IMG/VR virus record: IMGVR_UViG_3300022930_000003
DNA from: a virus
Strand: one strand, 5' to 3'
Length of the DNA: 52,757 nucleotides
A program made the translations under genes and the position numbers. A model generated the notes under the pieces. It saw nothing but the letters and a program-made list of their open reading frames with translations, did no database searches and was not told the origin of the DNA. Positions 16,420 to 24,176 of this stretch are shown piece by piece. Each line of letters opens with the position of its first letter. Within the stretch, counting starts at the first letter, position 1.

Positions 16420-16507
16420 TGGTGCAAATAGTTGGACTTGAACCAACGATTCCACTGAGCCATATTCGGCCAAACAATGGCGGCTTAACCAACTTGCCTA
16501 TATTTGC
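16420..16507 (-). tRNA. tRNA-like gene with an expanded anticodon arm (Gln-UUG-like if 12 nt are removed)
   Basis: Acceptor GCAAATA/TATTTGC, D-arm GGC-AAGTTGGTTAA-GCC, T-arm GTTGG-TTCAAGT-CCAAC, discriminator A and an encoded CCA. The anticodon stem CCATT/AGTGG encloses 19 nt instead of 7. Confidence 0.45.
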
Positions 16508-16513
16508 TTTGAG

Positions 16514-16586
16514 TGCCACTGGAAGGAATTGAACCTCCGACCCACTGCTTACAAGGCAGTCGCTCTACCAACTGAGCTACAGGGGC
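16514..16586 (-). tRNA. tRNA-Thr (anticodon UGU)
   Basis: Hand-folded cloverleaf: GCCCCTG TA GCTC AGTTGGTA GAGC G ACTGC CTTGTAA GCAGT GGGTC GGAGG TTCAATT CCTTC CAGTGGC A. There is one C-U mismatch in the acceptor stem. Confidence 0.85.
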
Positions 16587-16796
16587 ATAATCCCGGCTTC
16601 CACGGTTAGCCGCCAACGTGGCGTCTGCAAAATCACTAGCGGCGAAATCGAAAGGTTTGCTAGCTTTTACTGCCGGTGTTACCCACTACCGGCTTGGGGG
16701 CCGAACAACCACGCTAAAAAAACACAACTATAAACATGTACCGCCTATTACAGCGCTGATCGTGTCGAGCGATTCAGATGTTTGTAGCTGCAAAAC

Positions 16797-16824
16797 TGGT
16801 TCGCAGAGCAGGATTTTAACCTGC
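16797..16824 (-). pseudogene. Degenerate tRNA 3' fragment (T-arm, acceptor 3' strand and ACCA)
   Basis: The minus strand reads GCAGG-TTAAAAT-CCTGC TCTGCGA A CCA. I could find no matching 5' acceptor strand or anticodon arm upstream. Confidence 0.35.
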
Positions 16825-16922
16825 ATGTCCCGACTTCTTTTCATCATGGATTCATCAATCGTCATTGATTACTACCAATCTGGTACGCCGATTCCTTTGT
16901 CTTTTAAGGTATCTGAGAACTC

Positions 16923-16999
16923 TGGTACGCCCAACAGGAATTGAACCTGTAACCGCCGAATTATGAGTTCGGAGCACTAACCAATTGTGCTATAGGCGC
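16923..16999 (-). tRNA. tRNA with anticodon CAU (Met or Ile2-type)
   Basis: Hand-folded cloverleaf: GCGCCTA TA GCAC AATTGGTTA GTGC T CCGAA CTCATAA TTCGG CGGTT ACAGG TTCAATT CCTGT TGGGCGT A CCA. The acceptor stem has two G-U pairs. Confidence 0.85.
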
Positions 17000-17951
17000 A
17001 AAAAAACACAAGGATGATGACTGCACTACTGACTAGAATGTCGTTATCACACTCAATGCCCAGCAATCACCATCCGTGTGCCGCCTCTTGCGAAGCGGTA
17101 ACGGTGGTCTTTGCCAACTGTCAAGGGGCCACTACTCATAGCCTTAACCACCCCCAGGGCGTACTCTTTTTGCCACTGTAATCCAGTGACCGTCTTTCCG
17201 GTCTGCCACCGCCCCGAATAAGGCATCGTTTAGATTTGATCACTACAAGCTGCCAAGGCTTGCTGCGGAATTTAATGCCTAAAACACGCCACGCAATCGG
17301 GTTTTGCCTAAGCTGTCCCAATCTAGCCAAACTATGCGCGAAACATGCGGCGCTCCATGTTCTCTCGTCACTACTACTGTTTCTTAGGTGGCCGGAGATG
17401 ATCCCGGCTTGATTGTAAGTGGCGCAACCAACATCAGCGTTAAAGGTAAGACCGTTGCGCGGCTATATTCCTTTATTCCACTTGCGCATCATCACTGCGC
17501 ATTCACCTAACGACTGCTGATTCAGGTTGAGCACGTCCACAGCAAAATGTATGGAATTCGGCGTTAGTATCAGCATGCGTTAGGTGACTGGTTAAGCCAG
17601 TCAGGCTACTCAATTTATTCGGCAAACACCCACTGAGCTAGGCGCTGAAAATTTCCCCTGTTGGCGCAAGGATAACTGCCTTATTAGCTGAAAACGAAAC
17701 ACTATGCAGGGAGTCCTTGCCTACCCATCGGCCATGCCGTCAGCTTGTTAGCTATTCGGGCTTACAGGGCGGAGCGGTAATTCTGTCGCACTTTGCAGGG
17801 AGTGTTTCGCTTCCATGTGTAGAACTATATCACCAACCAACCTCATCTACACCAAACTATTTTTCTATCGATACTTCTATGTCGATAGGCATTTCAAACG
17901 TGCGGCGTGGCCTGATCCAAAGCCACAGGAGGATAAGCCATGCCCACATGC
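17000..17951. ncRNA. ORF-free, hairpin-dense region; candidate large structured ncRNA(s), class and strand undetermined
   Basis: About 950 nt contain only short Arg/Ser/Pro-rich ORFs. Several perfect or near-perfect local helices are visible: 17070-17107, 17174-17188, 17221-17226/17275-17280, 17246-17262, 17391-17408, 17484-17500 and 17585-17603. Confidence 0.35.
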
Positions 17952-18254
17952 TTAATCCGCCGTTACATCGACCGTGATAGCCGATGGTGCGTCATACATT
18001 TGCTCCACGTTGCCATCCACGGTGAAATTAGCCGTGATAACTCCACCAAGCTCAGCACCAGACGAGTCCAGACGTTGCGCAGTCACGGTGTACTGACCAT
18101 CGTCAATGCGCTCGAATACGGCCTCTTTGCCGGTTACCTCTTCAAAGTCCAGAACCTCACCGCCTTGCAGCAGTGAAATGCGCAGCTTGCCAGGGGTACG
18201 GCCAGTTGGCAGGGCGACGGAAGTGGTGGCGATTTTTACAGTTACTTTGGACAT
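17952..18254 (-). CDS. Hypothetical beta-rich protein (100 aa)
   Basis: AAGGAGA RBS. The T/V-rich sequence suggests an Ig-like fold, but that is only a guess. Confidence 0.6.
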   Translation of the reverse strand: MSKVTVKIATTSVALPTGRTPGKLRISLLQGGEVLDFEEVTGKEAVFERIDDGQYTVTAQRLDSSGAELGGVITANFTVDGNVEQMYDAPSAITVDVTAD

Positions 18255-18315
18255 GATGTCTCCTTAAAGAAAACACAATGTTACATCACGTCTCTACCCT
18301 GCGCGCCACAATATT

Positions 18316-18477
18316 TTATCGGTTTGTCAGCTTAACAACTGCATCCATGATCGGCACATTCTGATCGTACATGTAGCGTGCCGCATCACGATCCAGGCGT
18401 TGACCAGCCTTCTCAATCAACACTTCATACCAGACCTTAAACCGCTGGCGGTCTTCAAGGGCTTCGAGGGGATTCAT
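18316..18477 (-). CDS. Possible 53-aa ORF
   Basis: MNPLEALEDRQRFKVWYEVLIEKAGQRL...; below the track cutoff. Confidence 0.4.
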   Translation of the reverse strand: MNPLEALEDRQRFKVWYEVLIEKAGQRLDRDAARYMYDQNVPIMDAVVKLTNR

Positions 18478-18596
18478 AGGGCATCCTTAAAAAATATCAG
18501 AAGGTTCAATAACATGGCCAGAACTACACCAGCCTTTACGATAAAACGTCAAATATCCCTCCCGCTTATTGCGGCTTACAAGGTGGCGGAGGTTGG

Positions 18597-18815
18597 TCAT
18601 AGCGCCTCCACATGACCCAAGGCCATCCTTGCTTCCCATTGCACCCTTGCTGCCAATACTTCGGCAGATGAGCAATTTTCAGCGCTCCCATCGGCATCCT
18701 TCATTACTTCCAGCGCATCCCGCATAATCATCGCCGCCTCAACCAACTTCCGATAAGTAATAGGGCTGACAATGATCCCGTTTTCAAGGTCTTTCTTTAC
18801 TTGTTCGATGTTCAT
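18597..18815 (-). CDS. Hypothetical protein
   Basis: 72-aa ORF in a same-strand series of small early genes. Confidence 0.5.
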   Translation of the reverse strand: MNIEQVKKDLENGIIVSPITYRKLVEAAMIMRDALEVMKDADGSAENCSSAEVLAARVQWEARMALGHVEAL

Positions 18816-18978
18816 CCTGTCTATTCCTTATATGCTGATCCACAAACCTATCAGCCTTCCACTCTTCCATGCCTAAGTGAAAAGCCAAAACTCTTAACCA
18901 TGACGCGTAGTTCGGCATGCATTCGCGCTTTGCTTTTGCGGCATCTCTTACCAATTGCAAAAGCTGATTTGAATTCAT
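18784..18978 (-). CDS. Hypothetical protein
   Basis: ATG at 18978 (MNSNQLLQL...), preceded by GGGGAGGAAA. Confidence 0.5.
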   Translation of the reverse strand: MNSNQLLQLVRDAAKAKRECMPNYASWLRVLAFHLGMEEWKADRFVDQHIRNRQDEHRTSKERP

Positions 18979-18982
18979 GTTG

Positions 18983-19222
18983 TTAAATTTCCTCCCCAGC
19001 ATCACGCAATGCTTGTTGGATCAATGGAATTGTCATTGGATCGGTATCATTTTCAAGCCTTGCTAATGCATATTTTAACGCAGCAACAAGACGTGCATTG
19101 CCATTGATGATGACGTTAATTGTCGGCACATTAAAGAAATGAGCGGTGGTAAAAATAACGTCAGTCTCATCCCATCCAATAGCTGCCAATTCATCATGGC
19201 TTGTTTCAATGTTGATTTTCAT
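18983..19222 (-). CDS. Hypothetical protein
   Basis: ATG at 19222 (MKINIETSHDEL...), preceded by GTGGAGTAAAC. Confidence 0.5.
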   Translation of the reverse strand: MKINIETSHDELAAIGWDETDVIFTTAHFFNVPTINVIINGNARLVAALKYALARLENDTDPMTIPLIQQALRDAGEEI

Positions 19223-19241
19223 GTTTACTCCACATAAAAAA

Positions 19242-19517
19242 CTATGGTTGTGTTGCTTTGGCGATGGCGGCATCAATCTCATGAAGCACATGGTGATTGA
19301 CGTGGTAATCGCGAATTTTTACCAAGACGCTTAACAGGTCCGGAGCGGCGGCGATTAGGCGATTATTAGCAGCAGACTCTTGGCCGCTTCGGCGACCCCC
19401 TAACCCATGAGCGCCTTTCAAGTTCTGCATCATTGCCACCCGACCAAGATCAGGCCCGGTTACGAAATATGCCTCTTCAAAATGGGCTACCCACGGCCCC
19501 GGCGTATGCTTACTCAT
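19242..19517 (-). CDS. Hypothetical phage protein (HTPGPW...NNRLIAAAPDLL type)
   Basis: MSKHTPGPW...ANNRLIAAAPDLLSVL, a motif pair I recognise from many phage hypothetical proteins. Confidence 0.6.
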   Translation of the reverse strand: MSKHTPGPWVAHFEEAYFVTGPDLGRVAMMQNLKGAHGLGGRRSGQESAANNRLIAAAPDLLSVLVKIRDYHVNHHVLHEIDAAIAKATQP

Positions 19518-19807
19518 GCTACATCCTCCAAATTAACTGCCTTCCAAGCAATCTGACGCATATCTTGCGCATCAATTTTTGTTGGATCATAGTAAAGTGA
19601 AATCAGATTAAGAGCCTCTTTATATCGATCTCTTTCCAATACCACATCCGCACAACGCTCTTGCAATTTTTCGATTCGCTCGAAGTTTTTAATTCGGTCA
19701 GTTATCGCGGCCAAAAAATAGTCAGCATCATCAGGATTGACAAACGCCGCAACGGTTTCATTTGTATCTTCGTTCTTTAGTGCCGAACCTGATTTGTAGA
19801 GTTTCAT
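19514..19807 (-). CDS. Hypothetical protein
   Basis: 97-aa ORF, coupled by a 4-nt overlap. Confidence 0.6.
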   Translation of the reverse strand: MKLYKSGSALKNEDTNETVAAFVNPDDADYFLAAITDRIKNFERIEKLQERCADVVLERDRYKEALNLISLYYDPTKIDAQDMRQIAWKAVNLEDVA

Positions 19808-19848
19808 TGATGTCCTTTCGTTGTGCGCCGCCTGGGCAGCGCGGGGTT

Positions 19849-20145
19849 TTATGCAGGCAAGCGAGACGCCCGATATTTGTAACGATTAGCCAATTCTTGA
19901 TTAGCTGGCGTCATGATGTCTTTATGGTCAAGCCATTTGCCCATGTACTCAAGAGCTTCACCGCTGAACAGTTCTGCAATCTCAACGTTGGTTCCACTTG
20001 AGCATACAGACTCAACCACATTCATTCCATCGCCGTCAATGTAGCCATACAAGTCCAATTGCAGTGCATCGGTATGCTGGTAATTCTTGTAAAGCAGTTC
20101 GCCGCTGACGGTTGGTTGTTGGTAAGCTGGTCCAATGCGATTCAT
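19849..20145 (-). CDS. Hypothetical protein
   Basis: 98-aa ORF with an AGGAGAAAC RBS. First gene downstream of the 21-nt motif at 20207. Confidence 0.6.
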   Translation of the reverse strand: MNRIGPAYQQPTVSGELLYKNYQHTDALQLDLYGYIDGDGMNVVESVCSSGTNVEIAELFSGEALEYMGKWLDHKDIMTPANQELANRYKYRASRLPA

Positions 20146-20206
20146 GATGTTTCTCCTAGTAGGTTTGCGCTGCTGATGTATGAACTATAAACACTCAAAC
20201 CCACTA

Positions 20207-20227
20207 GGTCTAATTGGTTGTAACTAT
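20207..20227. promoter_or_regulatory. 21-nt motif GGTCTAATTGGTTGTAACTAT
   Basis: Perfect reverse complement of 14526..14546. It is followed by an imperfect palindrome, TAACTAT-N7-ATAGT. Confidence 0.55.
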
Positions 20228-20238
20228 GGTTGCTATAG

Positions 20239-21000
20239 TCAGAAACTATTGTTGAAAACATCCAAAGCCGCCCTCAATTTGGCGTGATCTTGATCTTGGT
20301 CCCAAGCCGCCACTGCCTTGCACAGTTCCTCCAGTAGCTTGCGGCTCGGTTTTGACCCCGCCACGGCCTTTTCAGTGGCGCGTCCACCTCCACGTACCAC
20401 TGCATCCTTAATAATCGCTCCTGCGCCCTCTCCGTGCGTCCTGACCACCTTCATGGCAGTCGTGCTCGACACCTCACCGTTCTTAATCGCCAATTGGACG
20501 TCGGTGTTTGCCCCTGCCAAGCCCAAGCACTGCGAGATATGACCAAGCGACCGGCCAACACGGTCAGCGATCTGTTTGTTGGTCCAGCCGAAGCGAACCA
20601 GCTTGAGGTACTGAATGCCCGCTTCCAGCGGCGTCAACGGCATACCCTGCGAACTGGTCAGCAGGTGCGCAACGCGATCTGCATCATTGCCACGAAACTG
20701 CGTTGCCGCCATGCTCGGAATTTCCACACCCTCCGCCACCAACTCATTGACAGCGATCAAACGGTGTTCCCCATCGACCATTATGATTTCACCAGCTACC
20801 ACGCGAACAAAGATTGGCGGGATGGTTGCGCCATTGCGAATCGATGTCTTGAACTGTTCCACGTTCTCGCGGCTGATTGGACGATTGAACCCTGGCTCGA
20901 CCTTGACCAAGTGCGGGGCAACCTGAAAATTGGTTTCTTTGTTGATGCCTGGAACTTTTGCTTCTGCGGCTACCTTCAAGGATACGAATGGCTTGTTCAT
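20239..21000 (-). CDS. ParB-like nuclease-domain / HTH protein
   Basis: IPPIFVRVVAGEIIMVDGEHRLIAV is ParB N-terminal box-like. The central HTH reads WTNKQIADRVGRSLGHISQCL. Confidence 0.8.
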   Translation of the reverse strand: MNKPFVSLKVAAEAKVPGINKETNFQVAPHLVKVEPGFNRPISRENVEQFKTSIRNGATIPPIFVRVVAGEIIMVDGEHRLIAVNELVAEGVEIPSMAATQFRGNDADRVAHLLTSSQGMPLTPLEAGIQYLKLVRFGWTNKQIADRVGRSLGHISQCLGLAGANTDVQLAIKNGEVSSTTAMKVVRTHGEGAGAIIKDAVVRGGGRATEKAVAGSKPSRKLLEELCKAVAAWDQDQDHAKLRAALDVFNNSF

Positions 21001-21033
21001 TTGTTGCTCTCTTGTGTGATGGGGTTTTAAATT

Positions 21034-21240
21034 TTACTTGCTGACCAGTTCGATCAATTCGAAATCATGATCTTCTCGTGAATCGTACCAATACTTGCCA
21101 TTGGTAGTCATAGCATCCAACTCCCCAAGATAAAGAACTTTCAATGGGTATCTGGCCGAGTCATCAATGTCAATGACCGTAGCCACGCCACCTTTGTTTG
21201 TTTTCCACTTCTGCCCTACTGCGAAATCTTTTAGTTCCAT
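21034..21240 (-). CDS. Hypothetical protein
   Basis: ATG at 21240 (MELKDFAVGQKW...), preceded by AGGAAG. Confidence 0.55.
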   Translation of the reverse strand: MELKDFAVGQKWKTNKGGVATVIDIDDSARYPLKVLYLGELDAMTTNGKYWYDSREDHDFELIELVSK

Positions 21241-21298
21241 GATGTTCTTCCTGTGAGTTGGTTGGCGTAGGAGAACTATAGCGACCACGGTCAAGCCT

Positions 21299-21320
21299 GA
21301 CCAATTGATTGTAGCTATGG
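21299..21320. promoter_or_regulatory. Intergenic CAATTG-core motif copy (GACCAATTGATTGTAGCTATGG)
   Basis: Read directly at the edge of the AT-rich 21300-21711 spacer. Confidence 0.4.
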
Positions 21321-21711
21321 TTTTTACCAGTTCAATAGTGTTTGATTAAACTAAGATTCGCTCCAAAGATGTTTTGCTATAAAAATCAATAGCTTACGCC
21401 CATCTTCGAATGATAGATGACATAGAGATATAAAGACTGTTTTTGAATTTACCTACCACTACAGTAGTTTATAACTCTATCTATAGACGTGAAATTACAC
21501 ACCGATAATATATCTATAGTGTATGGGGAAAAACGTCTCTCTTGTCTAGCTTGCCGAAATTGTCGGCTAAGTTATTGATTCCAAAGAGAAATATTCTTAG
21601 ATTTCATCCTTGGAAAACATCTTAGAGAGCCTTTCATCCTAAAAAGGAACTCAATAAAATCAACAACTTACATGCACTTTACGGCATTTTTTGTCCTGCG
21701 TCAAACATGTT

Positions 21712-21744
21712 CTGGAAAAAGAAAAACCCCGCACTTGGCGGGGC
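21712..21744 (-). terminator. Intrinsic terminator after the primase/helicase gene
   Basis: The minus strand reads CCCCGCcaagtGCGGGGtttttcttttt. Confidence 0.8.
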
Positions 21745-21748
21745 TTGG

Positions 21749-24130
21749 TCAGGTCTGTTTTCCGGTCGCCTTGTACCTGAGCACCGGCGCGTTGGCATAC
21801 ACCTTGCCGGTGTCGATTTTCTCCAAGTACCCGTTCGACCACAGCCCGTCCACGATATCGGCCAAGGATGTCTTGGTAATGGAGGAACTTTTGCACTGGC
21901 GATGCATAACGGCAATAGTTTCTCCGGAGTCAGTCGAGCAGATTTCGCAGATGCGGTGCGCAACAGCATCCATCTTTTCTGTGACGTTGCGGCTTTCCAT
22001 GCCCTCCGTACTGTTCACCCGGCGAATCTTGCGGTCAATCTCCGAGCGCACCAGCTTGACGGCGTAGCGGGCCATTGGCAGGGTCAGGCGGCCTTCCTCT
22101 GCGGCCAGGGCCATGGAAACCTTGATCACACCATCCAGGCCGCGACGTGGCAGGGATTCCAAGCCTGATTCTTTCTGCGTCTCAGCAAGGTCAAAGAAGT
22201 AGTCAATGGCACGGTCGATGAACACTTGAGCGTCTTGGTCGATCTGGATTGGCACACGCTTTTGGTCAAAACTGTCAACTCGTCCAAATGGACATTCATC
22301 ACGGTCAAACGACACAGCCTTAAGTGACATGGTGAGGCTTGCCGGGATGGGTGGCGACCCTGCCCAATCTGGCTTTGGACGTGGATTGGTTTCGTACTCA
22401 TGGAAAACCATTGCGCGGGACAGAAAGCCGTTCTCCGTCGCCTCTCCACTGAATGCCAGTTCCATGGTGCGTGGCGTGGCAGTGGTGAACATGGACAAGA
22501 ATGGATGCGGTAAGCCGACAGCGAAGCGCTCAATTAAAGCCTTGGCGCGGCTGATCTTCTTTTTCACAACGTCCAGATCGGGAGCGGAGCCGTCTCGCAA
22601 TACCTTGCCTTGCTTTTCGATAATCTCGGCGTAGCGCTCCTTAATCATTTCCTTACGTGACAAATCGATATTGGCAATCTTGTCGCCCTTGGTGAACATC
22701 TCCATGGTCGTGTAAATGATGCCTTCAAGATACGATGCGCCACCCTTCTTATTGGCATTATTGATGCGCTGCAATGTTCCACCAAATTCATCAATGTAAT
22801 AATTGGCGTATTGGTTGTGCTCCAAAGCGTCCACAAGGTCTTTGTCGGACTTGATGCGTCCATGCGTGGCGTGACTCAATCCGACAGCGCCTAGAAGCGC
22901 CTGAGCAGCCCCAAGCACACTGTCTTTGCCTACCGATGAACCGGCGATGCAGAGAATCAGTAGATTGGGCTGAATATTGGAGAAACGCCCCGGAAAAACA
23001 TATTTCCGGCCAATGGCATTGGTCAAAACCGACAGCGCGCACGCGAGCGCCAGATTCCGATTCGGGAATACTGAGCATGCATACACATAGTCGTTGATCT
23101 TGCCAAGCAGCCCTGGCGGCTCGTGCAAACTTATGTCGGCATCATCTGCAATGGATGGGAGTGTGACGCGCTCTGCAACCTTCTGCGCCCACGAGTCCTT
23201 GATTTCCTGTAACTGGTCTGGTGTCAACGCCGTGGAATCTGCTTGTGGTTCCCAACCTGCGGCGCGTGCGATTTGGACAAGCGATCCAATGCCAACAGGA
23301 CGATGCTGGTAACGCCCGAACGTGAACCATTTTTTCTGGCACAGCCCATCCTTGTAGGTTGTGCCAGGGCGGCTCCAATCGTCCCAAATCTTCAAGCCCA
23401 CATCACTACCGTCCGTTGCGCTGTGAACGATCATGCCAATCTTGACCCACTCATCATGAGATAGGTTGCACGTAATGTAGGACAGCATGTCCTTAATTTC
23501 TTCAATGTCTGCTGTTCCGTCTTGCGCAATGCGGGCCTTGTGCTCGGCGTGCGTAGCCGCCAGCATGTCGGATAAAGCGTATGGCAGCTTGCGCATATCT
23601 TCCAAGTCGGACTTGGCGGCACTATGCCATTGATATTCATTGCCTGAGGCATGAAGCGATCCGGCAATGACCACAAAGCCGCCGCCTTGCTTGACGTCGA
23701 TTCCTTTATAAGCCGCTGGCATTTTCCAGCCTAAGATCGAAGAATCTAACTTGCGAAAGTAAAAATGCAAGCCATTTCCACCGGTCTTTACAATCGCCGA
23801 ACAGAGGTCAAACAGATCAATGCCAAGGTCAACTTGCAGCTTGGCTAGTGATTCAGTTCCTCCATTGCGCGGATCAATGTCGATCACGATGTGGTCTTGG
23901 TCCAATGCCCATCCAAGGCCATTACAACCGTAAACTTCGTGCCAGACTTCGTAAATTGTGGCGCTATCGGCAAGCCGTTGGTGCTGCCAATTAGATCGGA
24001 GGGGGTGTTTTCCTACTGCTGCACAATCAGCCTCACCACAGCCGCACTTGCCATTGATGATTGGGTAGAGCGGGATTAGGCGCAAGTGCGCATCAAGGTA
24101 GTCGTTCGCGATGGGGTAAAGGTCGGACAT
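21749..24130 (-). CDS. Bifunctional primase-polymerase (Prim-Pol) / PriCT-2 / P-loop helicase-like protein
   Basis: N-terminal ...CGCGEADCAAVGKHPLRSNW (Prim-Pol). Mid-protein DEWVKIGMIVHSA...WDDWS is PriCT-2-like. Walker A CIAGSSVGKDS in the C-terminal half. Confidence 0.86.
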   Translation of the reverse strand: MSDLYPIANDYLDAHLRLIPLYPIINGKCGCGEADCAAVGKHPLRSNWQHQRLADSATIYEVWHEVYGCNGLGWALDQDHIVIDIDPRNGGTESLAKLQVDLGIDLFDLCSAIVKTGGNGLHFYFRKLDSSILGWKMPAAYKGIDVKQGGGFVVIAGSLHASGNEYQWHSAAKSDLEDMRKLPYALSDMLAATHAEHKARIAQDGTADIEEIKDMLSYITCNLSHDEWVKIGMIVHSATDGSDVGLKIWDDWSRPGTTYKDGLCQKKWFTFGRYQHRPVGIGSLVQIARAAGWEPQADSTALTPDQLQEIKDSWAQKVAERVTLPSIADDADISLHEPPGLLGKINDYVYACSVFPNRNLALACALSVLTNAIGRKYVFPGRFSNIQPNLLILCIAGSSVGKDSVLGAAQALLGAVGLSHATHGRIKSDKDLVDALEHNQYANYYIDEFGGTLQRINNANKKGGASYLEGIIYTTMEMFTKGDKIANIDLSRKEMIKERYAEIIEKQGKVLRDGSAPDLDVVKKKISRAKALIERFAVGLPHPFLSMFTTATPRTMELAFSGEATENGFLSRAMVFHEYETNPRPKPDWAGSPPIPASLTMSLKAVSFDRDECPFGRVDSFDQKRVPIQIDQDAQVFIDRAIDYFFDLAETQKESGLESLPRRGLDGVIKVSMALAAEEGRLTLPMARYAVKLVRSEIDRKIRRVNSTEGMESRNVTEKMDAVAHRICEICSTDSGETIAVMHRQCKSSSITKTSLADIVDGLWSNGYLEKIDTGKVYANAPVLRYKATGKQT

Positions 24131-24148
24131 GGTTTCCTTCGTGATGGT

Positions 24149-24171
24149 TAAAAAATCCCCTTGCGGGGATT
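24149..24171 (-). terminator. Intrinsic terminator between the GC-rich island and the primase gene
   Basis: The minus strand reads ATCCCCgcaaGGGGATttttt. Confidence 0.75.
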
Positions 24172-24176
24172 GTATT

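Noticed and set aside
16618-16944. 108-aa plus-strand ORF across the tRNA region
   Set aside because: It overlaps the tRNA-Met gene and the tRNA debris. It has no RBS and an implausible composition.
17390-17410. Possible RNase P RNA, because ATCCCGGCTT resembles the conserved ACAGAACCCGGCTTA 3' element of M1 RNA
   Set aside because: I found no GAGGAAAGTCCGG-type CR-I element or other conserved RNase P regions at the expected distance on either strand.
17585-17603. Anticodon-arm-like hairpin (GACTG-GTTAAGC-CAGTC) that would read as Leu-UAA on the plus strand
   Set aside because: No acceptor, D or T arms flank it, so it is just one of the local hairpins of the ORF-free region.
17717-18176. 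Plus-strand ORFs 17717..17977 and 17940..18176
   Set aside because: They have Pro/Ser/His/Arg-rich junk composition. The second is antisense to the well-supported 100-aa gene at 17952..18254.
20434-21030. 198-aa plus-strand ORF, and the other ORFs antisense to the ParB-like gene
   Set aside because: The ParB-like frame carries recognisable motifs. The antisense frames do not.
21672-22168. Several plus- and minus-strand ORFs overlapping the 3' end of the primase/helicase gene
   Set aside because: These are shadow ORFs within a long, well-supported 793-aa frame.
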